From positions 32,001 through 96,000 of the forward strand of contig CAYFHS010000003.1 of NCBI GenBank assembly GCA_964342815.1: a stretch of DNA of 64,000 bases, read 5' to 3'. This document shows, in pieces, positions 26,088-36,703 of this stretch. A program made the position numbers and the translations under genes. Every line of letters starts with the position of its first letter. The stretch's first letter is position 1. The notes under the pieces were generated by a model that was not told where the DNA came from, did not search any database, and saw only the letters and a list, made by a program, of their open reading frames with translations. This DNA is from an uncultured archaeon (GTDB lineage: Archaea > Thermoplasmatota > Penumbrarchaeia > JASLWR01).

Positions 26088-27592
26088 GATGGCGCGTGGT
26101 CATGGGGAACATCGGTACCGTGATAAAATTCTATTCTTTTGCAATGTTCATACCATTACTTGTATCCTTGCTATACTGGGAGGAACCACTGGTAAAGGGT
26201 TTCTATCCAATGAATGCGTTGATATTCCTGTTCCTTATTTTATTCTCCATCACCATCGGATTACTGCTTGAACGCGTGGGCATGCCTTCAGATTTTTCCG
26301 ATACCGAAGCATTAGCCATCGTTTCCCTGAGTTGGCTGGTAATTGCCCTCATAAGCACCCTCCCATTCATCCTCAGCGGTATGATACCCGGTTTCACTAA
26401 CGCCTTCTTTGAATCCATGTCGGGACTTACCACCACCGGTGCAACTATTCTCAAGATACCTTCAGGCACAAATTACCTTGATAATTTCGATCACAGCGTA
26501 ATGTTATGGAGAGCTTTGATCCAATGGCTGGGGGGCATGGGAGTCATCGTCCTTTCCGTGGCAATTCTCGCAAGATTCACACGGGGAGGTATTAAGCTTC
26601 TCCGTGCGGAATCTCCGGGGCCCACCCTAAGCAGATTGAAACCCAAGATAACCCACACTGCAAAGGTAATGTGGCTCGTATACTGCGGTTTTTCTCTCGC
26701 CGAGTTCATTATGCTCTACATATGCGGTATGAACGCATATGAAGCACTCTACCATACATTTACCACAATGGCCAGCGGGGGCTTCTCATCGAGAGTGGGT
26801 TCATTGGGAGAGTTTTCCGCCTTGACTCAATGGATAATAACCTTCTTCATGATCGTTGCCGGTGTCAATTTCGCCCTGTTGTACTATTCGTTCAGGGGTA
26901 AGGTCAGGGATATGCTGAAGGATGCGGAGTTCCGGCTGTATATAGGAGTTTTCCTTGTATCTGCCGCAGTCATTTCAATAAGCATTTACGATGCTCAGAA
27001 AGGTATCCCTAGCGCGGTTCGCCACTCTGCGTTCCAGACCGCTTCCATATTGAGCACCACCGGATACACCACCGTGGACTTTGATGCTTGGCCCGACTTT
27101 GCGCGCATGATACTTCTCGTTCTGATGTTCATTGGAGGTTCAGCCGGTTCTACCGGTGGGGGCATCAAGAACATTAGAATACTGATAATACTGAAGATAA
27201 TGTGGCGAAAATTCAGGAAATTAGGGCGGGAGAGAATGGTTCTACCCATCAAGGTGGCTGGTACGCTGGTTCCCGAAACTCTTCTTGATAACATAACTAC
27301 CTTTTTTTTACTTTACATCCTGCTGTTCGTTGCGGGGACCGGAGTCATAGTTGCCATGGGCCTGGACCTCGTGTCAGGTGCATCTGCCGTAGCTGCGTCC
27401 CTTGGAAATGTCGGGCCCGGTTTGGGAACTGTCGGACCTGTGAAAAACTATGCTTTCATATCCAGCGGAGGCAAGATATTACTGGCTGTATTGATGTGGG
27501 TGGGCCGCCTGGAAATTTTTACCGTCCTCGCTATATTCAATCCTGGGATATACAAAAGGGAGCCCACTTATAGTATGAGAAGACAAATATGA
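26084..27592 (+). CDS. trkH: Trk potassium uptake membrane subunit TrkH
   Basis: Multi-TM protein with four pore-loop motifs (SGLTTTG, MASGG, LSTTG, LGNVGPG), plus WLGGMG and FIGGSAGSTGGGIK. Confidence 0.95.
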   Translation: MRWRVVMGNIGTVIKFYSFAMFIPLLVSLLYWEEPLVKGFYPMNALIFLFLILFSITIGLLLERVGMPSDFSDTEALAIVSLSWLVIALISTLPFILSGMIPGFTNAFFESMSGLTTTGATILKIPSGTNYLDNFDHSVMLWRALIQWLGGMGVIVLSVAILARFTRGGIKLLRAESPGPTLSRLKPKITHTAKVMWLVYCGFSLAEFIMLYICGMNAYEALYHTFTTMASGGFSSRVGSLGEFSALTQWIITFFMIVAGVNFALLYYSFRGKVRDMLKDAEFRLYIGVFLVSAAVISISIYDAQKGIPSAVRHSAFQTASILSTTGYTTVDFDAWPDFARMILLVLMFIGGSAGSTGGGIKNIRILIILKIMWRKFRKLGRERMVLPIKVAGTLVPETLLDNITTFFLLYILLFVAGTGVIVAMGLDLVSGASAVAASLGNVGPGLGTVGPVKNYAFISSGGKILLAVLMWVGRLEIFTVLAIFNPGIYKREPTYSMRRQI

Positions 27593-27737
27593 ACTGAGAA
27601 GGTTGGATAAACACCTGGATCGAAGCCGTTCACACTGCACTGGCCGCTCTGAAGAACTTTTATGCAATAATATTAAATATTTGGTATTCATCTCTATTAG
27701 TACCATTAATAATATAAATTCTATTAGGAAGGGATTC

Positions 27738-30700
27738 ATGTTGAAATTGTATTCGATCGCAGTATTAATCACATTGCTTTTTCCCGGTATGGCGTTATTT
27801 ATAGCAATGGGGATAGAAGCACCTAGCGTGTGGACCGAGAATGGTTTTTCCAGCGGTACCGGGCGTAATGTTTACATCAACCCTCACGACGAGATACGGC
27901 TGGCAACCGTGGAAAAGGAGATCGAAGACGATCTTATGGACTCGAACGATATAAAGATAATTCAAAATCTTTCACACGACACGCAGGAGGGTAAGATCGA
28001 CGTTATCAAGACAGAGACTTTTCACGGCGGAGCGAATTCCGAATACGGTAAAAAGATACGTCCCACTACCGATGGAGGATACATAATTGTGGGGTCCACC
28101 GAATCCGAGGGTTCCGGTAACAGCGATGTCTGGCTCATTAAAACAGATGAAAATGGCGATAGGCTGTGGTCGAAGACCTTCGGTGGAAGCCAGTACGATT
28201 ACGGGAAGGATGTCAGGCAGACGGCTGACGGAGGATATGTGATAACTGGCAATACCTACTCGTACGGGAACGGCGGCCATGATGTTTGGCTTATACGGAC
28301 CGATGGTAACGGTGATCTGCTCTGGGAAGAGACTTATGGCGGCGGTGGAAACGAATACGGGGAAGGAGTTTGCGAAACAACGGACGGCAGTATAATTATC
28401 ACGGGATGCGATTACCACGGCGGGGACGATCCTTGGAGTGAATTATATATCATTAAGACCAATGCCCAGGGTAGTGTGCTATGGAGCAGCACTTATGGAA
28501 ATTGGGGAGACTTCAGTTGGGGCCTTTCGGTTATAGAGACGAAAGACGGACAGTATGCGGTGGTGGGTTTTACTGAATCGTACGGTAATGGTCGTAAAGA
28601 CATTTGGCTGTTAAAGTTCAATCAGAATGGAAACTTTAGATGGCACGGAACATATGGTGGAAGCGGTTTCGAGAGAGGTTTTTCGCTTCAGGAGACCGCT
28701 GACGAAGGTTTGATATTGGTAGGATATACCTCCTCGTATGGAAATGGAGGGAACGATGTCTGGCTCGTAAAAACGGACAAGAACGGCCAGGAGATGTGGA
28801 ACCGGGAGTATGGCGGTGAGAAGGATGATGAGGGTTACAGCGTAAGGGTAACTGCCGATGGAGGTTACATCATATCGGGCGGCACCTGGTCATCCGGGGC
28901 GGGGAACAGAGACGTGTGGATCATCAGGACCGACAATAATGGAATGAAATTATGGGACCGGACCTATGGAGGGGGCAGCACCGATTACAGTGAATCCATT
29001 GGCACGGCAGCCGACGGCGGTTACATGATCCTGGCTACATCATACTCCTTCGGGGCTGGGAAATACGATATCTGGTTGATAAGAACTGATAGCGCGGGGA
29101 CCTGCCAGTTCACCCAGGGGCTTCTTGTATCCACCAATCTTCTCGGATCGAGTGCCGCGTTCCTGGATAAGTTCGAATATTCCTGTTCGATACCCAATGG
29201 AACTCAGCTGCTGGCCAGTTTTTCCCAAGATAATATCACTTGGTATGATAGCGATGGAATTATCCACGGGAAAGACGGACTTACGGATGGAGCGTGGTGG
29301 CTGAATTTATCCGGGTTGAAGTGGAATACTTCTTCATTCTACTACAGAATAGAATTCCGCTCACCGAATTCCGAAAGTCCTGTTCTTAATAGTGTACGTG
29401 TGTTATACGGAGAATTTTATCCTTCGGGAGATTACGAATCGGCATTCTTCGATAACGATGAATATCTCATATCCTGGAAATGGCTCACCTGGACCGAAAC
29501 CCGACCTCCGAGCACACGGCTTGCCTTTCAACTTCGCAGCTCTCCGACCTTGGACGGAATTTCGGCTGAATCGTTTCTGGGACCGGACGGTAGTTCATCT
29601 TCGTACTACACAAACTCAGGAATGGACATCTGGGAAGGACATCATTACCACCGATGGCTGCAGTACAAGGTCTATCTTGAAACCGAAGATTTATCCACAA
29701 GTCCAGTGGTTGCCGATATCATGATCTCCTATAACGTGCTACCCAGGGTGGAAGTTGCAACTCCTGAAGGCGTTCAGAACGGAAATATCGAGATCGATTA
29801 TCTCCTCTATGACGGGGACTCGGATGATATTGACATCATTGTACAGTATCGTATCGGATATTCTTCTTATCGGGAAGCCACCCTCGCAGCCGGGAGCGAA
29901 GGGACCGATGGTCTATTTTCCAAACCTGGAGGTGTGCAGCATTCGTTCATTTGGGACTCATCAAGCGACCTCGGGAAGGTTGATGAGGATAATGTCTTCA
30001 TAAAGATCACTCCATCGGACGAGGAAACCGGCACACCATCCACCACTGTGAGGTTCACCGTGGATAACAAAGCACCGGATTTCATCTCAATCTTCCCAAC
30101 GGATCACGTAAATTCGAGAAAGGTAAAGATTGTGGTGGAGACAGATGAGAATGCTTTGATGAGATGGAGCGAGGCAAATCAGAGCTATGAGCTTATGACA
30201 AACCAGTTCACGGAGGGAGAGGGCGAAACAAGGCATACCGTAACTGTAAATGCCCGGGAGGGGATAAACACTATTTATGTTAGTGCCACGGATTCCTTTG
30301 AAAATTCCCAGACCTACGGAACCCATATCGAATTTACAGTTGATACGAAAGCACCTGAGAACATAACAATATTGATCAACAACGGTAACAAGTATACGAA
30401 TTCAACATGGGTCACCATAACTATTATAGACACCAGAGCGGCCTTGGACGCATACGAGATAAGAATGAGCAATGACCAGGATTTTCCCGATGTCCCTTGG
30501 GATTCCTTCACAAGTACAGACACATCTGACGGTGTGTCAAACTGGACAAGTAGTGACTTGTCAAGCGAGCGCATGTGGAACCTCACTCCCGTAGACGGGC
30601 GCAAAGCGGTATATGTGGAACTGAAAGATGAAGGTGGAAACGTGGCATTATTCCAGGGAAGCATCATACTGGATACCACACCACCCATATTTCTGGTCAC

Positions 30701-31928
30701 AGGTCCCGATACCGAGCAGGACTCATTGATGGTGAATATAACCGTTACCACCAACGAGGAAGCCTTTCTCCGCTGGTCGTCAGTGGATGTCGGTTATTAT
30801 TCTATGACGAATCTATTCGAAAAGGGAGAAGGGACTGCCATCCATTCCACATTGGTCAATGCATCCAACGGAAACAACACTTTGTTCATTTCCGCCTTGG
30901 ATCTTAACGGAAACGCAATGTCGTCGGGGATAGCTCTCAACTTCAGGGTAAACGCCAAGAACGGAGGTGATGGTTCGGGGAAAGGCGATGGAGAAAACCA
31001 GAGTGAGGGGAGTGGAATCAACTGGAAATGCTGGATAATCGTTCTGATAATCCTAAATCTGATACTGTTCATTATTTTGGTCATTAACAGAAGGCGAAAA
31101 AAACTTGCGGAAAAAAAGGATGCCGAGGAACCCCGACGGGTTCGGAAAGAGGCGCTGCTGGCATCGCTTCATGCGGGAGGAACTCCTGCAATTTCGGGAG
31201 GCGATTCCACCGATTTCAGCTACAATGTTCAGGCACCTCCGTCGTATACGGTTGGAAAAACGTACCTTCCACCAGTACAACAGGGTATCCTGCCTCGAGT
31301 CGCTTCCTCATCGGCACCGCAGCCCCCGTCTGCAGCGGAGGTAGAAGCGAGATATGCAGCGCAAGCAGGCCCGAGCGTTTCCGGTGCTACTGCAATCGTA
31401 CCTATCGATAAACCAGCGGTGATCGCAGCAAGTGCTCCTGCCAAGCAGGTCACCGCCCCCCCAAGCCCGCAACCAATGATCGCAGCAAAAACCCCCGAGG
31501 TTCCAAAAGAACTGGAAGACGTGTGGAATTTCGCGAAAACACCCCCCCCGGACACCAAAAAGGTCACGCCCTGGGCAGGGGTGTCAGCCGGGCGGCCCGG
31601 AGAAAGTCCATACGATAAAAGTACCCTAAATGAGAGTGGAAAACGGAAGGAAGCTACCCCGGACCTGAGCTCGCTGCTTTCGGAGCTTAGAAAGGATATC
31701 CCCACCCGCAAATCCCCGGTGGAAAGCCCAAGCCCCGCTGCATCCCCACCAAAAGTCAAAGCAAAGGTCGGAAGATATGCAGACAAGATATCTCACAGTA
31801 TAGATTTCATTCTGGACAAGTACGAAGAGAAGGAAGAAGAAACGGAGGAGAAAAGTAACAAGAAACCGCTGGCGAGCATCCCTATAAGGAGGATAGCCAT
31901 CACAAGGAGGAGAAATACGAAATTTTGA
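27738..31928 (+). CDS. large single-pass cell-surface protein: signal peptide, 7 x ~52-aa Gly/Trp propeller repeats, beta-sandwich/Ig-like domains, TM helix, Pro/Ala-rich cytoplasmic tail
   Basis: Hydrophobic N-terminus MLKLYSIAVLITLLFPG. Seven T[YF]GG...DGGYI..G.T.S.G.G..DVWLIKTD.NG..W repeats (about 28017-29105). TM WIIVLIILNLILFIILVIN followed by RRRKK. Confidence 0.88.
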   Translation: MLKLYSIAVLITLLFPGMALFIAMGIEAPSVWTENGFSSGTGRNVYINPHDEIRLATVEKEIEDDLMDSNDIKIIQNLSHDTQEGKIDVIKTETFHGGANSEYGKKIRPTTDGGYIIVGSTESEGSGNSDVWLIKTDENGDRLWSKTFGGSQYDYGKDVRQTADGGYVITGNTYSYGNGGHDVWLIRTDGNGDLLWEETYGGGGNEYGEGVCETTDGSIIITGCDYHGGDDPWSELYIIKTNAQGSVLWSSTYGNWGDFSWGLSVIETKDGQYAVVGFTESYGNGRKDIWLLKFNQNGNFRWHGTYGGSGFERGFSLQETADEGLILVGYTSSYGNGGNDVWLVKTDKNGQEMWNREYGGEKDDEGYSVRVTADGGYIISGGTWSSGAGNRDVWIIRTDNNGMKLWDRTYGGGSTDYSESIGTAADGGYMILATSYSFGAGKYDIWLIRTDSAGTCQFTQGLLVSTNLLGSSAAFLDKFEYSCSIPNGTQLLASFSQDNITWYDSDGIIHGKDGLTDGAWWLNLSGLKWNTSSFYYRIEFRSPNSESPVLNSVRVLYGEFYPSGDYESAFFDNDEYLISWKWLTWTETRPPSTRLAFQLRSSPTLDGISAESFLGPDGSSSSYYTNSGMDIWEGHHYHRWLQYKVYLETEDLSTSPVVADIMISYNVLPRVEVATPEGVQNGNIEIDYLLYDGDSDDIDIIVQYRIGYSSYREATLAAGSEGTDGLFSKPGGVQHSFIWDSSSDLGKVDEDNVFIKITPSDEETGTPSTTVRFTVDNKAPDFISIFPTDHVNSRKVKIVVETDENALMRWSEANQSYELMTNQFTEGEGETRHTVTVNAREGINTIYVSATDSFENSQTYGTHIEFTVDTKAPENITILINNGNKYTNSTWVTITIIDTRAALDAYEIRMSNDQDFPDVPWDSFTSTDTSDGVSNWTSSDLSSERMWNLTPVDGRKAVYVELKDEGGNVALFQGSIILDTTPPIFLVTGPDTEQDSLMVNITVTTNEEAFLRWSSVDVGYYSMTNLFEKGEGTAIHSTLVNASNGNNTLFISALDLNGNAMSSGIALNFRVNAKNGGDGSGKGDGENQSEGSGINWKCWIIVLIILNLILFIILVINRRRKKLAEKKDAEEPRRVRKEALLASLHAGGTPAISGGDSTDFSYNVQAPPSYTVGKTYLPPVQQGILPRVASSSAPQPPSAAEVEARYAAQAGPSVSGATAIVPIDKPAVIAASAPAKQVTAPPSPQPMIAAKTPEVPKELEDVWNFAKTPPPDTKKVTPWAGVSAGRPGESPYDKSTLNESGKRKEATPDLSSLLSELRKDIPTRKSPVESPSPAASPPKVKAKVGRYADKISHSIDFILDKYEEKEEETEEKSNKKPLASIPIRRIAITRRRNTKF

Positions 31929-32172
31929 TAATATCAGCACGCTCATAGAACTGGTTCCTCAAAGGAAACCCTGGAGCATCTAGTACGGATTTATTAATCC
32001 TGCGCAATCATGGCCAGTGAGCTAAAGTGAGTGGATTTGTTCCCACGGGGATGGTTCCACCTGCTGTAAAATATGATAAATGCTGGTGAAATAAGGTGAA
32101 TCTATATATATCATAAATGGAATTAAACGGCCAATAATGTCTCTAAATATATCTTTATAGGAAGTGGAGTTA

Positions 32173-35100
32173 ATGATTGTATTTGGTAAGAATAGAACTA
32201 TTTCGTGCCTTATTTGCGGAATAATAATGTTAATTGCAGCGTTTTCGGGAATGGTAAATGCCGAATCCCCGGAAGACGAGATACGGATGGAAGTAAAAAT
32301 TGATATTGACTCCCATCATGCCCTCAAGAACGAAAATATGATGAGCTTATCGGGATTGAAGAACTCAGTTCCCAATGGAATGGGGGACCTTGATCCCCTG
32401 GCTCCCCTTGCGCGCGGTAGAGGAGGGTGGTCCATTGCCGAGAAATGGAACAACAAAACACTATTGAATAATACCATTTTCGATATTGCCACCGGCGACC
32501 TTAACGGCGATGGATACGCGGATCTGGCCGTTGTGGGCGAGAATCATACCATTGCAACCTATCACAACAATCATTCATTCGGTTTCAGAAAACATTTCGT
32601 GGACATAGACAATAACAAGAACTACAGCCGTGTGGCGCTCGGTGACGTCGATAATGACGGAGACCTAGATATGATGACGGCAACCTGGCCGAATCCGGTG
32701 CAAAACCCCACTTCCCTGGACCTTTATCTGTATGAGAACAAGGGAGCCGGGAATTTCATCGGTGGAGGCGGAGTCCACAAAGTGGATGTGGGAGCTGCGG
32801 CGACATACGGATTTCTATTTACAATAACCTTAAGGTCCGGAGATTTCAACAACGACGGAAAAGCGGACTTCGTCCTGGGTATAAGCCATAACCATCCGAA
32901 CCACGTTGGTGACGGTAATCCCGCCAGAGCAACTATCTTTTTCCTTTTGAACAACGGTGCCGGCGGATATGCGTCAACCTCAACAACGATTGATACTTCT
33001 AACAATCAATGGGGCGTGCTCTGGATTGCTGCCATCCAGGCAAAAGAAGCCACCGGCGATAATTTCGACGACGTTGTGTTGAGCATTTACGGCTATAACG
33101 AATATCAGGTAAGTTATTATCCGGGCGAGATAAGGGTCTACAAAGGGGGCGCACAGGGAATAGTACTTCCCAATGCCCACTGGAGCTACCAGTACAACCA
33201 AAACGATGAATGGACCTTCACGGTTGACGTGGGCGAGTTCACCGGTGACGGTAATCCCGATATATTGATATCCACCGATGCAGAGAACCAAAACGGAGAC
33301 TGGGTTGACGGGAAAGTTTGGCTTGCCACGGGGCAGGGGGCTCAGGGATATGTAAACCCGGTTGCAAAGTTCACGGTACAGGGTCAAGGAACCGGTTTTT
33401 CTATGAACGTATACAATTTCGACGATGAAGACAGGGACGATTTCGTTCTGGGATACAGCTGGGACACGAACGCGGATGACATCATCGATCGATGGGAGTT
33501 GAGGATATACACCATAAACAATCAGGGAGCTTTCGCCCTGAAATGGTCCGACAACACAGGCCCGCAGGGTACCCTCAAAGGCAAGGTCGGTCGTATCTGG
33601 GCAGACGATTTCGACAACAGCGGTGCGGGAGATGTCCTCTATTCCGGGGAAGACCTGCGACTGCTTGACGTGAGAACCGGGTACGAGCCGGATAATATCC
33701 CTCCGGCTGCCATAATCGACCTCGGCGTTGCTCAACCTCAGGGCATGCAAAGCGATACGGTCCGGCTTGCGTGGAGCGCTCCGGGGGACGATGATAAAAC
33801 CGGGGGCCCGCCGGCATATTACATTGTCCATTATGCGGATTTCGCAATCAATATTGGTAACTTCAATACTACCACCAATGCATCAAATGCACCAAAACCC
33901 GCAGGCCCCGGCAACACCGAAACTTTCCAGATAGATAAACTCGAATCCTCAACTACTTACTATTTCGCCGTTCGCACTGTGGACGACGCCGGGAACTGGG
34001 CACCATTATCCAACGTGGTAAGCTTCGGGATACCTGATTTTGTGGTGCCGGACGGCATAAACGATCTGGCAGCTTCGTTCATTTCCGAAGACGGGGAGAT
34101 AGAACTTAGCTGGACCGCTCCGGGGGATGACGGAGATACCGGTACGGTGAACTCCTATCTCGTTGGATTTTCTGATACAAACATCGTAGACTTCGAAACA
34201 GTTACAAAGATAACCGCCGGGCTGCCGACACCACAGGCAGCAGGTGCTGCCGAGTCAATGAGGATCGATATCAACAGCACTGCGGGTCTGGATTTCGACG
34301 AGACAAACTATTATGCCGTGATAGCCAAGGACGAAGCGGATAACGAGGGAGAACTCTCCAACGTGGTTTCGGTCAAGCTTCCGGACATCACATCTCCAGA
34401 CGCGGCCTCTCTTTCTGCGGTACCCGGCGACAACGACGGAGAGATCAAAATAATCTGGCAGGCCACAGGGGACGACGGTACCGATGGGAAAGCGGATTCC
34501 TACGAGATGCGTTATTCCTCCACGGTTTTCACCGCCGACGCTTATGACAGCGCTGCCTTGGTCACCGGGCTGCCGGCTCCCGGCAATACCGGAACTTCGG
34601 AAGAGTTCGTAATGACGGGGCTGGATGGTGGGACCACCTATTATTTCGCTTTGAAGGTTTTCGACGACGCCCTGAACCCTTCGGCCGTGTCCAACGTGGT
34701 TTCCGCAGTGGCAACGGACGCCACGGCACCAGACAAGATAAGCGGTATAGAACTCGCAGATACCCTCGATGACAACGGCGGATCCCTGACCGTGACCTGG
34801 ACCATATCCGCTGCCCCCGATTTTGAGAGTTACAGGATATACGTTTCAAAGTCCGAAATCATAACACCCGACCAGGATGACATGATCCATGAGATCGATG
34901 ACATAAATACCAGTATATACAATTTCACCAAGGTGGACGGAAAAAAGCTTGTTGACGGAACCGAGTACTATGTGGGGATAACGGCAGTGGATACAACGGG
35001 TAACGAGGGAGTTCCGGGTACGGGTGCCAAAGCCAGCCCGAAGGATGACCTAGAACCCAAGATCCTCTATTTCCAGCCTTCGAAGAGCTCCTTGAAACTT

Positions 35101-36492
35101 GAGGCCGACAGCGAGCAAACTTTCAACATCACCGCAGAATTCTTTGACGATGAAACACGGAAAATACAGTGGTACGAAGACGATGACAAAATAAGGCAGC
35201 AAACTAAAAGTATTCTAATATACGAGGTTCCCTCGGAGATAGGGGATACCTTTAGCATAAAGGTGGAACTGGACGACGGTACCAGCAAGGCGGAGCACAG
35301 CTGGGACATTGAGGTGGTGGACGCTGGTCAGGGGGATGTAGGTGACGATGACGACACCGAAGATGATGACACTGAAGATGATGATGCAACTGGAGATGAC
35401 GACACCGAGGACGATGATACGGCCGGGGACGACGATACCACCGGAGATGATGATAACGATGATGATGACGGAACCGATTTCTGGACCGATAAGATCGATA
35501 TTGACGGCGACGGTCTGGACGACCGATGGGAGAAATTCTATTTCGGCGATACGGACTCTCAGGGTCGAACTGGAAATCCCGACAAGGATAAATACAACAA
35601 TGTTCAGGAATATCTGAAGAAAACCGATCCCACCAAGAATGACGATCCGCGAGCAGGCGACCCCACTGCGAACACTGGTGAAATAAGCAGCGTAAAAGAC
35701 GATAACAACTGGTTGTGGATTGCCATCGGATCAGGCATATTCTTACTGATTTTGGTGATTGTGGTCCTCCTTCTGATCATCTCGAGAAGATCCAAAAGAA
35801 GAAGAGAGGAAGAGGACGTGGTGCCAACACCTGTGGAAATACCCCAAAAGGACCTGGAGGCGGAGGAACTGTACGGACGGGTCACGCCATCCGAAGACGG
35901 TCCAACCGTGACCATCTCGTCCATGGAGGAAGACGCAGGAGACGAGGAAAGTATAGAGGTGGATCGGGATGCAATGGAATCTTTCTTTTCCGCGGTGGAC
36001 GATTCCGAGCAGCCAGCCCTTCTTCCATCGGCGGGGCCATTCGAGGGGACCTTGGGACCAGGACTATTTGCCAGCATGAATGAGGAAAATGAAGAGGAAT
36101 CCTTGAAGGACCTCACCCGTGACATCCTTGCGGAAAAGACTCCGAAAGAAGAGAAATCCCTTTCACTGGATTCACTTTTCTCACCTATTATGGATGCCGA
36201 TGGGGAGGACGAGGAAGAATTGATAAGCGAACTGGCTCCCATGGAATCCGAGGGATTCGGAGACAAGTTCCTTGATGATCTTCTCACACTGGTTCCCTTC
36301 GAAGATGAAGATATGAAGACCATTGAGCCAGAGCAAGAAACCGCCGGGATCGACGAGACCTCCACGGAAAGCGAAGAAGTTCCCCTGGAAGTTGCATGCT
36401 ACAACTGCAATAACAGTATACCGATCTACACGGATGAAAGACCGTTGATAATCACCTGTTCCGAATGCGGCGCGCAGGGCGAGATCGAATAG
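32173..36492 (+). CDS. large single-pass cell-surface protein: signal peptide, 7 FG-GAP-like repeats, 4 FN3 domains, acidic linker, TSP3-like motif, TM, acidic tail, C-terminal zinc ribbon
   Basis: GGAG precedes ATG 32173. GD[LVF]N/DxDGxxD repeats. FN3-like W-x-APGDD...YYFAV..D.AGN...SN units. TM WLWIAIGSGIFLLILVIVVLLLII followed by SRRSKRRR. Ends CYNC-x16-CSEC. Confidence 0.9.
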   Translation: MIVFGKNRTISCLICGIIMLIAAFSGMVNAESPEDEIRMEVKIDIDSHHALKNENMMSLSGLKNSVPNGMGDLDPLAPLARGRGGWSIAEKWNNKTLLNNTIFDIATGDLNGDGYADLAVVGENHTIATYHNNHSFGFRKHFVDIDNNKNYSRVALGDVDNDGDLDMMTATWPNPVQNPTSLDLYLYENKGAGNFIGGGGVHKVDVGAAATYGFLFTITLRSGDFNNDGKADFVLGISHNHPNHVGDGNPARATIFFLLNNGAGGYASTSTTIDTSNNQWGVLWIAAIQAKEATGDNFDDVVLSIYGYNEYQVSYYPGEIRVYKGGAQGIVLPNAHWSYQYNQNDEWTFTVDVGEFTGDGNPDILISTDAENQNGDWVDGKVWLATGQGAQGYVNPVAKFTVQGQGTGFSMNVYNFDDEDRDDFVLGYSWDTNADDIIDRWELRIYTINNQGAFALKWSDNTGPQGTLKGKVGRIWADDFDNSGAGDVLYSGEDLRLLDVRTGYEPDNIPPAAIIDLGVAQPQGMQSDTVRLAWSAPGDDDKTGGPPAYYIVHYADFAINIGNFNTTTNASNAPKPAGPGNTETFQIDKLESSTTYYFAVRTVDDAGNWAPLSNVVSFGIPDFVVPDGINDLAASFISEDGEIELSWTAPGDDGDTGTVNSYLVGFSDTNIVDFETVTKITAGLPTPQAAGAAESMRIDINSTAGLDFDETNYYAVIAKDEADNEGELSNVVSVKLPDITSPDAASLSAVPGDNDGEIKIIWQATGDDGTDGKADSYEMRYSSTVFTADAYDSAALVTGLPAPGNTGTSEEFVMTGLDGGTTYYFALKVFDDALNPSAVSNVVSAVATDATAPDKISGIELADTLDDNGGSLTVTWTISAAPDFESYRIYVSKSEIITPDQDDMIHEIDDINTSIYNFTKVDGKKLVDGTEYYVGITAVDTTGNEGVPGTGAKASPKDDLEPKILYFQPSKSSLKLEADSEQTFNITAEFFDDETRKIQWYEDDDKIRQQTKSILIYEVPSEIGDTFSIKVELDDGTSKAEHSWDIEVVDAGQGDVGDDDDTEDDDTEDDDATGDDDTEDDDTAGDDDTTGDDDNDDDDGTDFWTDKIDIDGDGLDDRWEKFYFGDTDSQGRTGNPDKDKYNNVQEYLKKTDPTKNDDPRAGDPTANTGEISSVKDDNNWLWIAIGSGIFLLILVIVVLLLIISRRSKRRREEEDVVPTPVEIPQKDLEAEELYGRVTPSEDGPTVTISSMEEDAGDEESIEVDRDAMESFFSAVDDSEQPALLPSAGPFEGTLGPGLFASMNEENEEESLKDLTRDILAEKTPKEEKSLSLDSLFSPIMDADGEDEEELISELAPMESEGFGDKFLDDLLTLVPFEDEDMKTIEPEQETAGIDETSTESEEVPLEVACYNCNNSIPIYTDERPLIITCSECGAQGEIE
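35341..35472 (+). repeat. low-complexity acidic DDD[TA] peptide repeat (GDDDDTEDDDTEDDDATGDDDTEDDDTAGDDDTTGDDDNDDDDG)
   Basis: Seen directly. Synonymous codons differ between units. Confidence 0.9.
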
Positions 36493-36508
36493 TCCCGTAA
36501 AGACGGGA
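36493..36508 (+). terminator. short hairpin TCCCGT-AAAG-ACGGGA immediately after the stop codon; possible terminator or 3' stability element
   Basis: Perfect 6-bp stem. No clear U-tract follows. Confidence 0.25.
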
Positions 36509-36703
36509 ACAAAGTGACCGTCTTCTTGGTAAAGACGTGCCCGCTTTGCTCCGCAACACTCAAGTGTTGCTGCACCCTCGGCAAGTATGCCTACGGGTGC
36601 CAGAATGGGTCGGCTTTACACGGCAATAAAAACTGATTCCGCGCCCGGAAATCCGGTTTGCCGCTAGTAAAAAGGAGGAGATCCCATCTCTCTCGAAGAT
36701 GAA

